64,000 nt of DNA from an uncultured delta proteobacterium (lineage in GTDB: Bacteria; Myxococcota_A; UBA9160; SMWR01). The translations under genes were made by a program, and so were the position numbers. Shown here piece after piece: positions 35,864 through 45,783 of the stretch. The notes under the pieces were generated by a model. That model searched no databases. It saw only the letters and a list, made by a program, of their open reading frames with translations, and had not been told where the DNA came from. The first letter of the stretch is position 1. Each line of letters starts with the position of its first letter. Where the stretch lies: positions 128,001 through 192,000 of the forward strand of contig CAWHTE010000007.1 of the NCBI GenBank assembly GCA_963832165.1. Direction: 5' to 3'.

Positions 35864-36865
35864 TCAGGCCAGCCACTCGGGCACCGGCAACCCCTTGCTG
35901 CGCAGGAATTCCGGGTTGAACAGCTTGCTCTGGTAGCGCGTGCCGTAGTCGGCGAGCACCGTCACCACGGTGTGCCCGGGACCGAGCTCCTTCGCGAGCC
36001 GGATCGCGCCCGCGACGTTGACTCCGCTCGACCCGCCGAGACAGAGGCCCTCCTCGCGCAGCAGGTCGAAGATGATCGGAAGCCACTCGGGGTCGGGGAT
36101 CTGATAGGCGTCGTCGATCTGTGCCTCGGCGATGTTCCCCGTGACGCGCCCCTGCCCGATTCCCTCGGTGATCGAGCTGCCCTCGGCCTTGAGCTCGCCG
36201 TGCTTGATCCAGTGGTACATCGCGGCGCCCAACGGATCGGCGGCCACGATGCGCACGTCGCGGTTCACGGACTTCAGGAACTCGCCCACGCCCGCGAGCG
36301 TGCCGCCCGTGCCGATCGCACAGGTGAAGCCGTCGACCTTGCCGCCGGTCTGCGCCCAGATCTCCGGACCCGTCGATCGGAAATGGCCGGAGCGGTTGCT
36401 CGGGTTGTCCCATTGATTCGCGTAGAGCACGCCACCCGGCTCGCTCTTGGCGAGCTCGGCTGCATGGCGCTCGGCCTGCTTCACGTAGTGATCGGGGTCC
36501 TTGTACGGAACCGCGGGAACGCAGCGCAGCTCGACCCCGCACAGCCGCAGCATGTCCTTCTTCTCCTGGCTCTGCGTCTCGGGCATCAGGATCACCGTGC
36601 GGTAGCCGCGCGCATTGCCGACCAGCGCGAGTCCGATCCCGGTGTTTCCCGCGGTGCCCTCGACGACCACGCCGCCGGGCTGCAGGTCTCCGCGCTCCTC
36701 GGCGTCGAGGATCATGTACTTCGCGGCGCGATCCTTCACCGAGCCGCCCGGATTGAGGAACTCGGCCTTCCCGAGCACGTTGCAGCCCGTCAGCTCGGAT
36801 GCTTTGCGCAAGCGGATCAGCGGGGTGTTGCCGACGGCGTCGGTGAATCCGTCTCGTACGTCCAC
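35864..36865 (-). CDS. cysK: Cysteine synthase (O-acetylserine sulfhydrylase)
   Basis: VGNTPLIRL, KAEFLNPGGSVKDR (PLP Lys), TAGNTG, GTGGT, EGIG. Confidence 0.9.
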   Translation of the reverse strand: MDVRDGFTDAVGNTPLIRLRKASELTGCNVLGKAEFLNPGGSVKDRAAKYMILDAEERGDLQPGGVVVEGTAGNTGIGLALVGNARGYRTVILMPETQSQEKKDMLRLCGVELRCVPAVPYKDPDHYVKQAERHAAELAKSEPGGVLYANQWDNPSNRSGHFRSTGPEIWAQTGGKVDGFTCAIGTGGTLAGVGEFLKSVNRDVRIVAADPLGAAMYHWIKHGELKAEGSSITEGIGQGRVTGNIAEAQIDDAYQIPDPEWLPIIFDLLREEGLCLGGSSGVNVAGAIRLAKELGPGHTVVTVLADYGTRYQSKLFNPEFLRSKGLPVPEWLA

Positions 36866-36881
36866 GGGGATCTCCTTGGTG

Positions 36882-37481
36882 TCACTGGGCGCCCTGCGCC
36901 GCGGCGCGGCGAATCGTAGCCACGTCGCGCGCGTCGAGCGGCAGCTCGAGCGCGAGCTCCACGGCGCGCCCGCTCATCTTGCGCAGAGTCTTCGCGGTGA
37001 CGTCGAGCAGCTTCTCCTCGGACAGGCGCTCGGCGATCTCGCGGTACTGCGTCTCGAGAAATACCAGGCACAGCGCGTCCTCGAGCACCTGCGCCTCGTG
37101 CTCTCCGCGCGCGAGCCCGCGCTTGTGCAGGAGATCGGAGACGCGCCGGATCAGGGCCGCGTCATAGCCGTGCGCTTCGAGGATCGCTGCGGTCTGATCG
37201 GCGTGGAAGTCGTGCAGCGCCCGCCGCCAACGCAGATATCCCTCGCGTCCTTCGGGATAGTCCGCGCGCGGGATCGCCCAGCGGCGGAGGTGGTGTGCGC
37301 GCCCCGCGAGCTGCAGCGCCTCGCTCGCATCGGGCTCGAGCTTTCCGATCCACTCCGACACGAGCTCGGCGTGCGCCTGCTCCTTGGGGCGGCGCGATCC
37401 GCGCACGAGGATCGCGTGGGGATCTCCGCTGTTGGCGGCGTCGATGGCCTCGAGCGCCTTGCGCAGCCGCTCGTCGCTCAC
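36882..37481 (-). CDS. DUF4202 domain protein
   Basis: IDAANSGDP, AHHLRRWAIPRADYPEGREGYLRWR, EDALCLVFL, KTLRKMS. Confidence 0.85.
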   Translation of the reverse strand: MSDERLRKALEAIDAANSGDPHAILVRGSRRPKEQAHAELVSEWIGKLEPDASEALQLAGRAHHLRRWAIPRADYPEGREGYLRWRRALHDFHADQTAAILEAHGYDAALIRRVSDLLHKRGLARGEHEAQVLEDALCLVFLETQYREIAERLSEEKLLDVTAKTLRKMSGRAVELALELPLDARDVATIRRAAAQGAQ

Positions 37482-37491
37482 GCGCGAGTCC

Positions 37492-37821
37492 TCAATAGGG
37501 TGTGAGGCTCGGATCGATGCGCTCGATCCAGGCGAGGATCCCGCCGTTCAGGTTCCAGACGTTCTCGAAGCCGGCTCCGCGCATCGCCTTCACCGCGTTC
37601 GCGCTGCGGCCGCCACTCCGACAGTGCACGACGATGTGTGCGCCGCGATCGAGCTCGGCGAGATGTCCCGAGAGCTTGCCGAGCGGAATCAGCTGGCCGT
37701 CGAGATGGCAGATCTCGTACTCGTGCGGCTCGCGCACGTCGATCAACACGAAGTCCGCCCGCTCGTCGCGCAACCGCTTGAGATCCTCGACGCTGATGTC
37801 CCAAGGGCTCTGTACCGGCAC
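37492..37821 (-). CDS. Rhodanese-like sulfurtransferase
   Basis: LIDVREPHEY, HCRSGGRS active-site loop, NLNGGILAW. Confidence 0.92.
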   Translation of the reverse strand: MPVQSPWDISVEDLKRLRDERADFVLIDVREPHEYEICHLDGQLIPLGKLSGHLAELDRGAHIVVHCRSGGRSANAVKAMRGAGFENVWNLNGGILAWIERIDPSLTPY

Positions 37822-38400
37822 TAGCGTCCCTCCACGCGCGCGAGCAGCGACGCGAGATCACCACTGCCACCCGTGAGCACGAGCGTGAGCATGCGTCTCG
37901 GGTCGTCCGCCGCTGCGTTCTCGAGGCGTCACCGCCTCGCCGAACATCGCGCGCGCGACCGGCAACAGCTCCTTGCTCGCGAGCTCGAACGCAGCGGCCG
38001 TATTCGGGGCCGCGAGACGGTCCGGGAACGAGATCTCGAGCTCGCTCGTCGCGAAGCGGATCGCGGCGTGATCGTCCGCTTCGAGCGCGCTCGCAGCCAC
38101 GAGCGCCTTCGCGAGTGCGTCGCGGAACAGCGCCGCGACGTCTTCGCTGCCGGCGCGCTTGCGCAGGGTGAGCAGGCCCGTGCGCCCGCGCGCGAGGTCG
38201 ATGCCGTAGTCGACCTCGTGCCCGATCAGGATCACGCCGGGCCCTTCGGGAACGTGGGCGTAGTCGGCTACGTCGATCAGCTGGCCTGGCACGGCCGCTT
38301 CCTGGATGAAGCGGTGGAACACGCCGATGAAACGGTGCAGATCAGCGCGCGCGATCGGTTGCACGGCGAAGAGCTTGAGAGCGAGACGGTTCGGGTCCAT
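37821..38400 (-). CDS. Conserved hypothetical protein linked to sulfite reductase; frameshift near 37925
   Basis: FIGVFHRFIQ...LIDVADYAHVPEGPGVILIGHE. Removing one base near 37925 gives ...LENAAADDPRRMLTLVLTGGSGDLASLLARVEGR*, whose TAG overlaps the rhodanese GTG. Confidence 0.65.
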
Positions 38401-38410
38401 GTCTCGCGAC

Positions 38411-40719
38411 TCAGGCCTCGGCCTGCACTTCTTCCGGCTCGCTCGCGCTGCCCGGAATCGGCGGCGCCTGGCGCACCGCTTCGCGCGCCTCGCAGGCGTG
38501 CGCGGCTTCGATGAACAGCTGCGCCTCCTCGACGCGCTGCGACGCGAGCTCCGCCGTCACGCGTTCGGGAGGGCTCGCGTGGCGGTCGAGCAGATAGCGG
38601 CCGAACAGGCCCTTCGCGAAGCGGTCGAAGAAGCGCTCGCTGTCGAAGAAGCGCGTCTTCCACTCGGCGACGATGTCGTCGGGATTCTGCGTGACGTCGA
38701 TGTATTCCATGCGCACGAGCGCGCGCGCCGCCGAGAGCATCGCCGCGTAGGCGAGCTCTTCCGCGGTCTCGGGGTCGCCTTCGTCGAGCGCGATCTGCGC
38801 GTCGAACGCCTGCGCCTCCGCCTTCACCACCTCGATGCCGAACAGCGACACCACCTCGCCCGCGCACTCGCCCACGCCGAGGTCGCCGATCGTGAACTCG
38901 CGCACGTCGCTCCAGTCGCTGTAGAACGACGGGTCCTCGGCGTAGGGCGCCACGGGCATGAACGGCTTGATCAGCTCCTTCAGGTTGCGCTTGCCCATGC
39001 GCGCGCACCACGCCTGGAAGCGCTCGCCATTCTCGCGACCGTGGGCGTAGGCGTCCGTGAGTGCGTCGACCGCCTCCGGGATGGCCTTGCTCGGCACCGC
39101 GCCGACGGCGAGCCCGTAGCTGCCCGCGTTCTCGGTCCACTGCCCGCCCAGGATCACCTGGAAGTGCGGCACCGTGCGCCCGTCGATCTTGCGGCTGTTG
39201 CCGTAGAAGCCGATGTCGGCGACGTGGTGCTGGCCGCAGCAGTTGAAGCAGCCCGAGATCTTGATCTTGAGGCTCTTCACCGCCTCGGGCAGCGACACCG
39301 ACTTCGCGGCGAGCCGATTGCGCAGCTCTGCGCCGAGCCCGCGGCTCGACGAGATGCCGAGCTTGCAGGTGTCGGTGCCCGGGCAGCTCGTCACGTCGAC
39401 GATCGTGGTGGCGCCAGGAGCGGCGAGGCCGAGCGCGGCGAGGTCGCGGTGCACGTCCGGGAGATCGGCGTCGGAGACCCAGCGCAGCACGATGTTCTGC
39501 TCGACGGTGGTGCGCAGGTTCTCGCCCACGTACTGGCGCGCGAGATCGGAGAGGCCGCGCGTCTGATCGGCGGTCAGGTCGCCGAGCGGCAGGTTCAGCA
39601 TCACCACCGAGTAGCCACTCTGGCGCTGCGGGCTCACGTTGGTGGCGAGCCACTCCTCGTAGCCCTCGACGAGCCCCTGCTTTGCGACGACGCCGCCGGC
39701 AGGGCGCGGCGCCTCGCCGCGCGTGTGCGGCATGTCGTTCAGATAGGCGGTCCAGCGGTCGTCGTGGGGCAGCGTCTTGCGCTCCTCCACGACGAGCCGG
39801 CGGAACTCCTCGATGCCGAGCTTCGCGACCAGGAACTTGATGCGCGCGCGGCCGCGGTTCTGCTTCTCGCCGAGCCGCGCGAACACGCGCGCGATCGCCT
39901 GGGTCACCGGAAGCAGCTCCTCCTCGGGCGTGAACTCCGAGAGCACCTTCGCCTGGTGCGGAACGGCGCCCAGCCCGCCGCCGACGACGACCTCGAAGCC
40001 GCGCTTGCCGTCGACGACGCGCGCGACGTAGCCGGAGTCGTGCATCTGCACGAGACCGCACGCCTCGTGCTCGCAGCCCGAGAACGCGAGCTTGAACTTG
40101 CGCCCGAAGTCCTGCACGTCGGGATGTCCGAGCAGGAAGCTCATGAGCGCCTGCGCGTAGGGCGACACGTCGAACGGCTCGGTCTTGCACACGCCCGCGA
40201 GCGGGCACGCCGTGACGTTGCGCACCGAGTTGCCGCACGCCTCGCGCGTCGTGATCCCGACCGCGGCGAGCCGGCGCATCAGATCGGGCGTGTCCTCGAT
40301 GTGCACGAAGTGGAGCTGGACGTCCTGGCGCGTGGTGACGTGGAGGATCCCGTCCGAGTACTCCTCCGCGAGCGCCGCGAGCACGTCGAGCTGCTCGGGC
40401 GAGACGCCGCCGAAGGGGATCTTGATCCGCTGCATGCCCGGCGCGTCCCAGAGCGTGTCGGGGCCCTTCGTGGGCTTCGTCGTCGAACGCGAGCTGCGCG
40501 CTCTGCGATGCCGTCGTGGCGCTGGCCGTTGTCGTAGCGCTGCCCGTACACGCCGCGTCGCAGGCGCGTCTCGGCGAACACCTTCTCGTCGATCTTCCCC
40601 TTCTTGCGCAGCTGAAGCTGCGCCTCGAACTGATCGATCTCCTCGGCCCAGCCGGGATTCATGCGATCCGCGAGCGTGTCCTTCCAAGACTCCGGGGTAC
40701 GGGTGTCAGCCATGGCCAT
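38411..40719 (-). CDS. Siroheme/[4Fe-4S] sulfite (or nitrite) reductase with C-terminal helical extension; frameshift near 40480-40505
   Basis: N-part RLRRGVYGQRYDNG (ORF 40279-40719); C-part HVTTRQDVQLH, ACGNSVRN, RKFK, CPGTDTCKLG and SGCFNCCGQ. Confidence 0.88.
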
Positions 40720-40882
40720 CTCCCGAGTCGACCGCGGGCGGCGGGGGGTCGAGATCGGTGTTGGAGGATTCCCCGCCTAGCAACGGGGACGGGTCGTCGC
40801 CTTGCAGTCTACGCGAATGCGGGCTCGTGCGCGGCGACTCGCCTTGGTCTCGATACTAGTCCGCAGGCGGAAATCGATCAAC

Positions 40883-40909
40883 AAATCCCGACTATATAAA
40901 TAGGATAAT
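40883..40909. promoter_or_regulatory. Rrf2-family (CymR/IscR-like) operator candidate
   Basis: aaatcccgactatataaataggataat in an AT-rich island upstream of the sulfur operon. Confidence 0.5.
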
Positions 40910-40936
40910 ATCGAATCCTTAAGAGGCTTAAATCAC

Positions 40937-40980
40937 AACGAAATAGGAGATTTCATCCCGAGGATCCCACGGAAATCTCC
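40937..40980 (-). terminator. Putative intrinsic terminator
   Basis: ggagatttc (40946-54) / gaaatctcc (40972-80) stem followed on the minus strand by TATTTCGTT, 25 nt after the upstream stop. Confidence 0.5.
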
Positions 40981-41005
40981 ATTTAATACTGCGTAATAAT
41001 GGGGA

Positions 41006-41554
41006 TTATGAGCGGCTTCGCGCCGCGACCAGAAGCCGCAGCCGGTCGAGCATCGAGATCGCCGTGCTCGCGACGAGCCCCCAGCCGAGCCAGAGCACTA
41101 GCGATGGAGAGGGCCAACCCAACCCGAGCGCGTCGCGCACGATCGGGATCGCGGCGATCACGTAGTACGCGATGCCGTTCCAGCGCCCGAGCCGACTCGG
41201 GAACAGACCCGATGCGGAGAGAACGCGCGAGTCGAGCGAGTACTGGATGAACGCCGCGGCGATCAGCCACGGCAAAGGCGTCGGCAGGACACCCATGCGC
41301 GCGAGCGCGGCGGTGCCCGTGACGACGAACGTGGCGTCGGCGGCGTGATCCGCAAAGCCGCCGAATCGGCTCTCCTCACCGTAGCGGCGCGCCACCCAGC
41401 CGTCGGCGAGATCGGTTCCGACGGCGGTGAAGAACAGCGCCGCGGCGATGCCGGGCGCGTCCGACAGCACCGCGACCGCGAATGCCGGCGCGAGCAGAAG
41501 TCGCAGCAGCGTGAGCGCGTTGGCCCGCGTCGACCAGGAGGCAGCGGCATCCAT
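41006..41554 (-). CDS. CDP-alcohol phosphatidyltransferase (PgsA-like)
   Basis: ANALTLLR, TDLADGWVARRYGEESRFGGFADHAAD signature. Confidence 0.9.
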   Translation of the reverse strand: MDAAASWSTRANALTLLRLLLAPAFAVAVLSDAPGIAAALFFTAVGTDLADGWVARRYGEESRFGGFADHAADATFVVTGTAALARMGVLPTPLPWLIAAAFIQYSLDSRVLSASGLFPSRLGRWNGIAYYVIAAIPIVRDALGLGWPSPSLVLWLGWGLVASTAISMLDRLRLLVAARSRS

Positions 41555-41615
41555 CGCCGCCCATTTCACACTGCACGGCGCGCCGTGTCTAGCCTCCGGC
41601 TACAGTCCGCGCCCG

Positions 41616-41948
41616 ATGCGTATCCATCTCGTTGCCGCGATCGCGATTCCGCTGCTCGCGTGCTCTGCTGCGGACGATCGTGCGCTCTCGGATCTCGCGC
41701 GCGAGGGCGAGCGGGTCTACCAGAACGTCTGCATCGCGTGTCACCACGGGAACCCGAACCTCGACGGCGCCCTCGGCCCCGCCAACGCGGGCGCGTCGGT
41801 CGAGCTGCTCGAGGCGAAGGTGCTGCGCGGCGAGTACCCGCCCGGCTACACGCCGAAGCGTCCCGGCAGCAACACGATGCCGCGCTTCGAGTACCTCGCC
41901 GACAAGATCCCCGCGCTCGCGGCCTATCTCGGCGAAGTGAAGAAGTAG
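41616..41948 (+). CDS. Monoheme cytochrome c lipoprotein
   Basis: LLAC lipobox, CIACH, distal MP. Confidence 0.85.
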   Translation: MRIHLVAAIAIPLLACSAADDRALSDLAREGERVYQNVCIACHHGNPNLDGALGPANAGASVELLEAKVLRGEYPPGYTPKRPGSNTMPRFEYLADKIPALAAYLGEVKK

Positions 41949-41954
41949 GCGGGA

Positions 41955-42704
41955 TCAGCCGGCGGGAATCAGGCGCACGCCCGCGATCGACGCGGCGCCG
42001 TCCGCGCCGAGCACTCCGCGCGCGCGGGCGCGGGCCTCGAAGCGCCCGCGGTCTGCGAGCGCGACCTCGACGCCGACGAGCGCGTCGCTCTGGCCGCCCG
42101 GCACGAACGCGATCCGGCCTCCGCGCGTCAGCGCGATCTCGAATCCGCTCGCGCAGGCGCGCGCCCCGATCCCGAGCAGCTCGCTCCAGCGCGCGGCGAG
42201 CTTCTCCGGATCGGGGCTCGCGAGCTCGGCGCCCGTGATCGCGGTGGCCGTCGACGTGCGCGTGCGCTCGCGCCAGCCCGGTCCGGCCCACACCCATTCG
42301 CCCCACGACGGCATGCCGTCGAGCGAGACGATCGCGCCTAGCGCGCGCGGGTGGAAATGCGCGGTGCGCCCGCCCTCGTGCTCGCCCTCCCAGACGACCG
42401 CGGCGCCCGCGCCCTTCGCGCGCTCGACCTCGCGCGAGAGCGTCGCGAGATCGTCGCACTGGACGATCACCATGTATCCCGCGTCGCCGCCGCGTCTGTC
42501 GATCCACCGCTTCGCGGTGGCGTCGTCGCGCACGGGCGAGACCACTTCGAGAAAGGTCTCGCCGATCGGCATCACCGCGTTCACGAGCCCGAACACGGCA
42601 ACGCCCGGATCGCGGAACGGCTCTCCCGCGCCGAGCACGTCGGTGAGCGCTGCGGTGGTCGCCTCGAGATCCATCGCTGCGAGAGCGATCTGCCGCAGCC
42701 GCAC
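41955..42704 (-). CDS. Glyoxalase-like (VOC) protein
   Basis: MRLRQIAL, DPGVAVFGLVN, FLEVVSP, GYMVIVQ, HFHP. Confidence 0.75.
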   Translation of the reverse strand: MRLRQIALAAMDLEATTAALTDVLGAGEPFRDPGVAVFGLVNAVMPIGETFLEVVSPVRDDATAKRWIDRRGGDAGYMVIVQCDDLATLSREVERAKGAGAAVVWEGEHEGGRTAHFHPRALGAIVSLDGMPSWGEWVWAGPGWRERTRTSTATAITGAELASPDPEKLAARWSELLGIGARACASGFEIALTRGGRIAFVPGGQSDALVGVEVALADRGRFEARARARGVLGADGAASIAGVRLIPAG

Positions 42705-42716
42705 GGTTCCCTCCGT

Positions 42717-43418
42717 CTAGAGAATCGCCATCGCTGCGAACAGGATGAACGTGAGCGCGAGCCCGAGGTGGATCGTTCCCGACACGGTCGAGAGCGGCTT
42801 CTGGCGCGCCAGACCGGTTCCCACGAGCGCGTTGAGCTCGAGCACGCCCACGAGCGCGAGCGTGAGGATCCAGTAGAGCGTCAGGTTCTTCTCGATGCCG
42901 AGCGTGTTGAAGTGCGACGCCGACACCATGAAGAACAGCATCGGGATCGAGAACAGCGTGTTGGTGCGCGACGCCAGACCCGCGCGCGCCCCGCGCGGCG
43001 CTGCGGCCGGGTCGGCCTCACCGCCCGCGGCCACCTTGGTGGCGTTCGCAATCACCACCTGCTGCGCCGGCCAGATCACGAACCAGACGTTCGCCCACAT
43101 CGTGGTGCCGAGCAGTCCACCCGTGAGGATGCGCGTCATGTAGTTGCTGCTGAGCGGGACGCTCTCGTGACCCCATCGCGTGAGCACGTAGAGCACACCC
43201 GTGATGAACGTGAACATCGCGCCCCAGCGGAACCACCAGAGCGCGTTGGGTACGAGGCCGCGCGTCATCAGGCTCTTGGCCTGGCCGCCCAGCTCGGTGC
43301 CAAAGAAGGGAGTCTGCACGAGATTGAAGTAGTAGAGCATCCCGATCCACGTGATTCCCGCGAGCACGTGGAACCATCGGAGGAGGATGTACCAACCCTC
43401 CAGGCTGACGCTTTCCAT
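42717..43418 (-). CDS. PuuD-like (urate hydroxylase N-terminal) membrane protein, no cytochrome c domain
   Basis: RWFHVLAGITWIGMLYYFN, ALWWFRWGA, NVWFVIWPAQ, SRTNTLFSIPMLFFMVSASHF. Confidence 0.85.
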   Translation of the reverse strand: MESVSLEGWYILLRWFHVLAGITWIGMLYYFNLVQTPFFGTELGGQAKSLMTRGLVPNALWWFRWGAMFTFITGVLYVLTRWGHESVPLSSNYMTRILTGGLLGTTMWANVWFVIWPAQQVVIANATKVAAGGEADPAAAPRGARAGLASRTNTLFSIPMLFFMVSASHFNTLGIEKNLTLYWILTLALVGVLELNALVGTGLARQKPLSTVSGTIHLGLALTFILFAAMAIL

Positions 43419-43549
43419 GACCGGTCCTCCCTCTCTGCGGCCGCCGCCTCAGGGCGATCGGGCCGCGACACGCGAATGGGGGGCTGCCCCATTCTACAGG
43501 TAGATCGGGTCGTTGGCCTGCGATTTTGCGAGTCGGGCCCGGATCCGGT

Positions 43550-43576
43550 GGCGGGGCGCCCCTGGGCCCCGCCTAC
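43550..43576 (-). repeat. GC hairpin at ltp3 stop (terminator or GTAG-REP-like)
   Basis: ggcggggc/gccccgcc 8-bp stem; the minus strand begins GTAG. Confidence 0.35.
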
Positions 43577-44730
43577 GGCTTGTCCTTGCCGAACAGGCAC
43601 ATCGAGAAGTACTGCGACCCGCCGCCGTAGGCGTGGCCGAGCGTCTTGCGGGCGCCGTCCACCTGGTGCTCGCCCGCCTGACCGCGGATCTGCATCGCGG
43701 CCTCGGCATAGCGGATCATCCCCGACGCGCCGATCGCGTTCGACGAGAGCACGCCGCCGCTCATGTTGACGGGCATGTCGCCGTCGAGCGCGGTCGCGCC
43801 TTCGTAGACCATCTTCCAGCCCTCGTTCTCGGGAGCGAAGCCCAGGTTTTCCATCCACATCGCCTCGAACCAGCTGAACGGAACGTAGATCTCCGCGCAG
43901 TCGATCTCCTTGCGCGGGTTGCTGATGCGCCCCTGCTTGTAGAGATCGGCGGCGGCCTTGCGGCCGGCCATCGGGTTCACCGCGTCGCGGCCCGGGAACT
44001 GATTCGGCTCGCTGCGCATCGCGGTCGCGTGCACCCAGGCCGCCGGTGTCGGCGCGCGCTCGGCGACCTTCTCGCTCGCGATCACCATCGCGCACGCGCC
44101 GTCCGAGGACGGGCAGCTCTCGAGATAGCGGATCGGATCCCAGAGCATCGGCGAGTTCGCGATCTTGTCGAAGTCGATGTCGGGGATCTGGAGGTGCGCC
44201 AGGGGATTCTTCAGCGCGTTCAGCCGATCCTTGAGAGCGGTGCGGATCCCGGTGTCCTCGGGCGCACCCGAGCGCTGGATGTAGGCGTGGATCAGCGGCG
44301 CGAAGTAGCCACCCGCGCCCGCCACCACGGCCACCGAGAACGGCGGCGAGATCGACAGGCCCCACATCGCGTTGCTCTCGGACTGCTTCTCCCATCCGAT
44401 CGTGAGCACGCGCTCGTGGATCCCCGCCTGGACCAGGCTCATCGCGACGTTCGCGGTCGAGCCGCCGACGCTGCCCGCGGTGTGAACGCGCAGGAGCGGC
44501 TTGCCCGTCGCGCCGATCGCGTCGGCGAGGTAGTTCTCGGGCAGCATCACGCCCTCGAACATGTCGGGCGCCTTGCCGATCACCACCGCGTCGATGTCCG
44601 CGAACGTGAGTCCCGCGTCGTCGAGCGCGCGCAGCGCCGCTTCGCGCAACAGGCCGGGCATCGACACGTCGATGCGCTTCGCGTCGTACTTGGTCTGACC
44701 GATGCCGATGACGCCGCACAGGTTGGCCAT
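43573..44730 (-). CDS. ltp3: SCP2-type thiolase-fold protein, Ltp3-like
   Basis: GKAPDMFEGVM, GKPLLRVHTAGSVGGST, WEKQSESNAMW, HAYGGGSQYF match mycobacterial Ltp3 as I recall it. Confidence 0.8.
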   Translation of the reverse strand: MANLCGVIGIGQTKYDAKRIDVSMPGLLREAALRALDDAGLTFADIDAVVIGKAPDMFEGVMLPENYLADAIGATGKPLLRVHTAGSVGGSTANVAMSLVQAGIHERVLTIGWEKQSESNAMWGLSISPPFSVAVVAGAGGYFAPLIHAYIQRSGAPEDTGIRTALKDRLNALKNPLAHLQIPDIDFDKIANSPMLWDPIRYLESCPSSDGACAMVIASEKVAERAPTPAAWVHATAMRSEPNQFPGRDAVNPMAGRKAAADLYKQGRISNPRKEIDCAEIYVPFSWFEAMWMENLGFAPENEGWKMVYEGATALDGDMPVNMSGGVLSSNAIGASGMIRYAEAAMQIRGQAGEHQVDGARKTLGHAYGGGSQYFSMCLFGKDKP

Positions 44731-44733
44731 CGT

Positions 44734-45783
44734 TCACTCCCCTTCGAGTACGCAGACGAGGTTCTGCTGGAGACAGTGGCCCTGCGTGGCGTGCGCCACC
44801 GCGCGGTCGCCCTCTCCGCGCGCGATGCGCGCGAACGCATCGCCGATCCGGTTGAGTCCGCACGAGAACAACGTGCGCGAGCACAGGGATCCGCCCGAGG
44901 GATTGATCCGGACGTCGGCCCCGAGACCGAGCGCTTCGCGCAGGATCAGCTCCTGGTGCGTGTACGGTGCATCGAGCTCCGCGAAGTCGATGCGATCCTT
45001 CGCAACACCGGCCTTCTTCGCCGCGATCTCTGCCGAGGGTGCGCGCGTGAGATCGCGTACGCCGAGCGCGGGCGGATCGATGCGGTGATCGATGCCGCGG
45101 ATCCAGACCGGGCGTTTCGCGAGCTTGCGTGCGAGATCGCCCGCGGCGATCACCATCGCCGTGGCGCCGTCGCTATTGGTCGGGCAGTCGTGATCGCGCA
45201 GCGGCGAGGTCCGGTACGGCTCGGCGAGCAGCTTCTCAGCGTCGAAATCACCTTTGGCGATCGCGTGCGGGTTGCCGCGCGCGTCGCGGCGGCTGCGCAC
45301 GGCCACGTCCGCGAGGTCGCGCTCGGTCTTGCGCGCGCGTTCGAGATAGAGGCGCGCCTGGATCCCCGCGATGCTGTCGGCGTCGGGCCACAGCTGCGTC
45401 ACGCAGTAGGGGTCGAGCTGGAGCGCGAGCACTTCGGCGAGATCGCCCGGCGAGGTCTTGCCGAACGAGTAGATCAGCGCCGACTCCGCCTCGCCGGTCT
45501 GGATCTTGACCCAGGCCTCGTACAGCGCCCACGCGCCGTCCATCTCGACGTGCGACTCCTTGATCGGAGGCCACGCGCCGACTCCGTCGAGCGCCATCAC
45601 GAACGCGAAGGGTTGACCCTGCAGGAAGTCGCTCGAGCCCGAGCAGGTGAAGTCGATCTCGGTGCGCGGGAGGCCACTCTGCTTGACGGCCTCCTTCACG
45701 ACCGGCAGCAGGATCTCGACCTCGTTGCGCACCTCGCGCAGCGCGTTCGATTGCGCGAACGAGACGATGGCGACGTCCCGCAT
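44734..45783 (-). CDS. ltp4: SCP2-type thiolase-fold protein, Ltp4-like
   Basis: MRDVAIVSFAQ, CSGSSDFLQG, ESHVEMDGAWALYEA, QQNLVCVLE. Confidence 0.78.
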   Translation of the reverse strand: MRDVAIVSFAQSNALREVRNEVEILLPVVKEAVKQSGLPRTEIDFTCSGSSDFLQGQPFAFVMALDGVGAWPPIKESHVEMDGAWALYEAWVKIQTGEAESALIYSFGKTSPGDLAEVLALQLDPYCVTQLWPDADSIAGIQARLYLERARKTERDLADVAVRSRRDARGNPHAIAKGDFDAEKLLAEPYRTSPLRDHDCPTNSDGATAMVIAAGDLARKLAKRPVWIRGIDHRIDPPALGVRDLTRAPSAEIAAKKAGVAKDRIDFAELDAPYTHQELILREALGLGADVRINPSGGSLCSRTLFSCGLNRIGDAFARIARGEGDRAVAHATQGHCLQQNLVCVLEGE

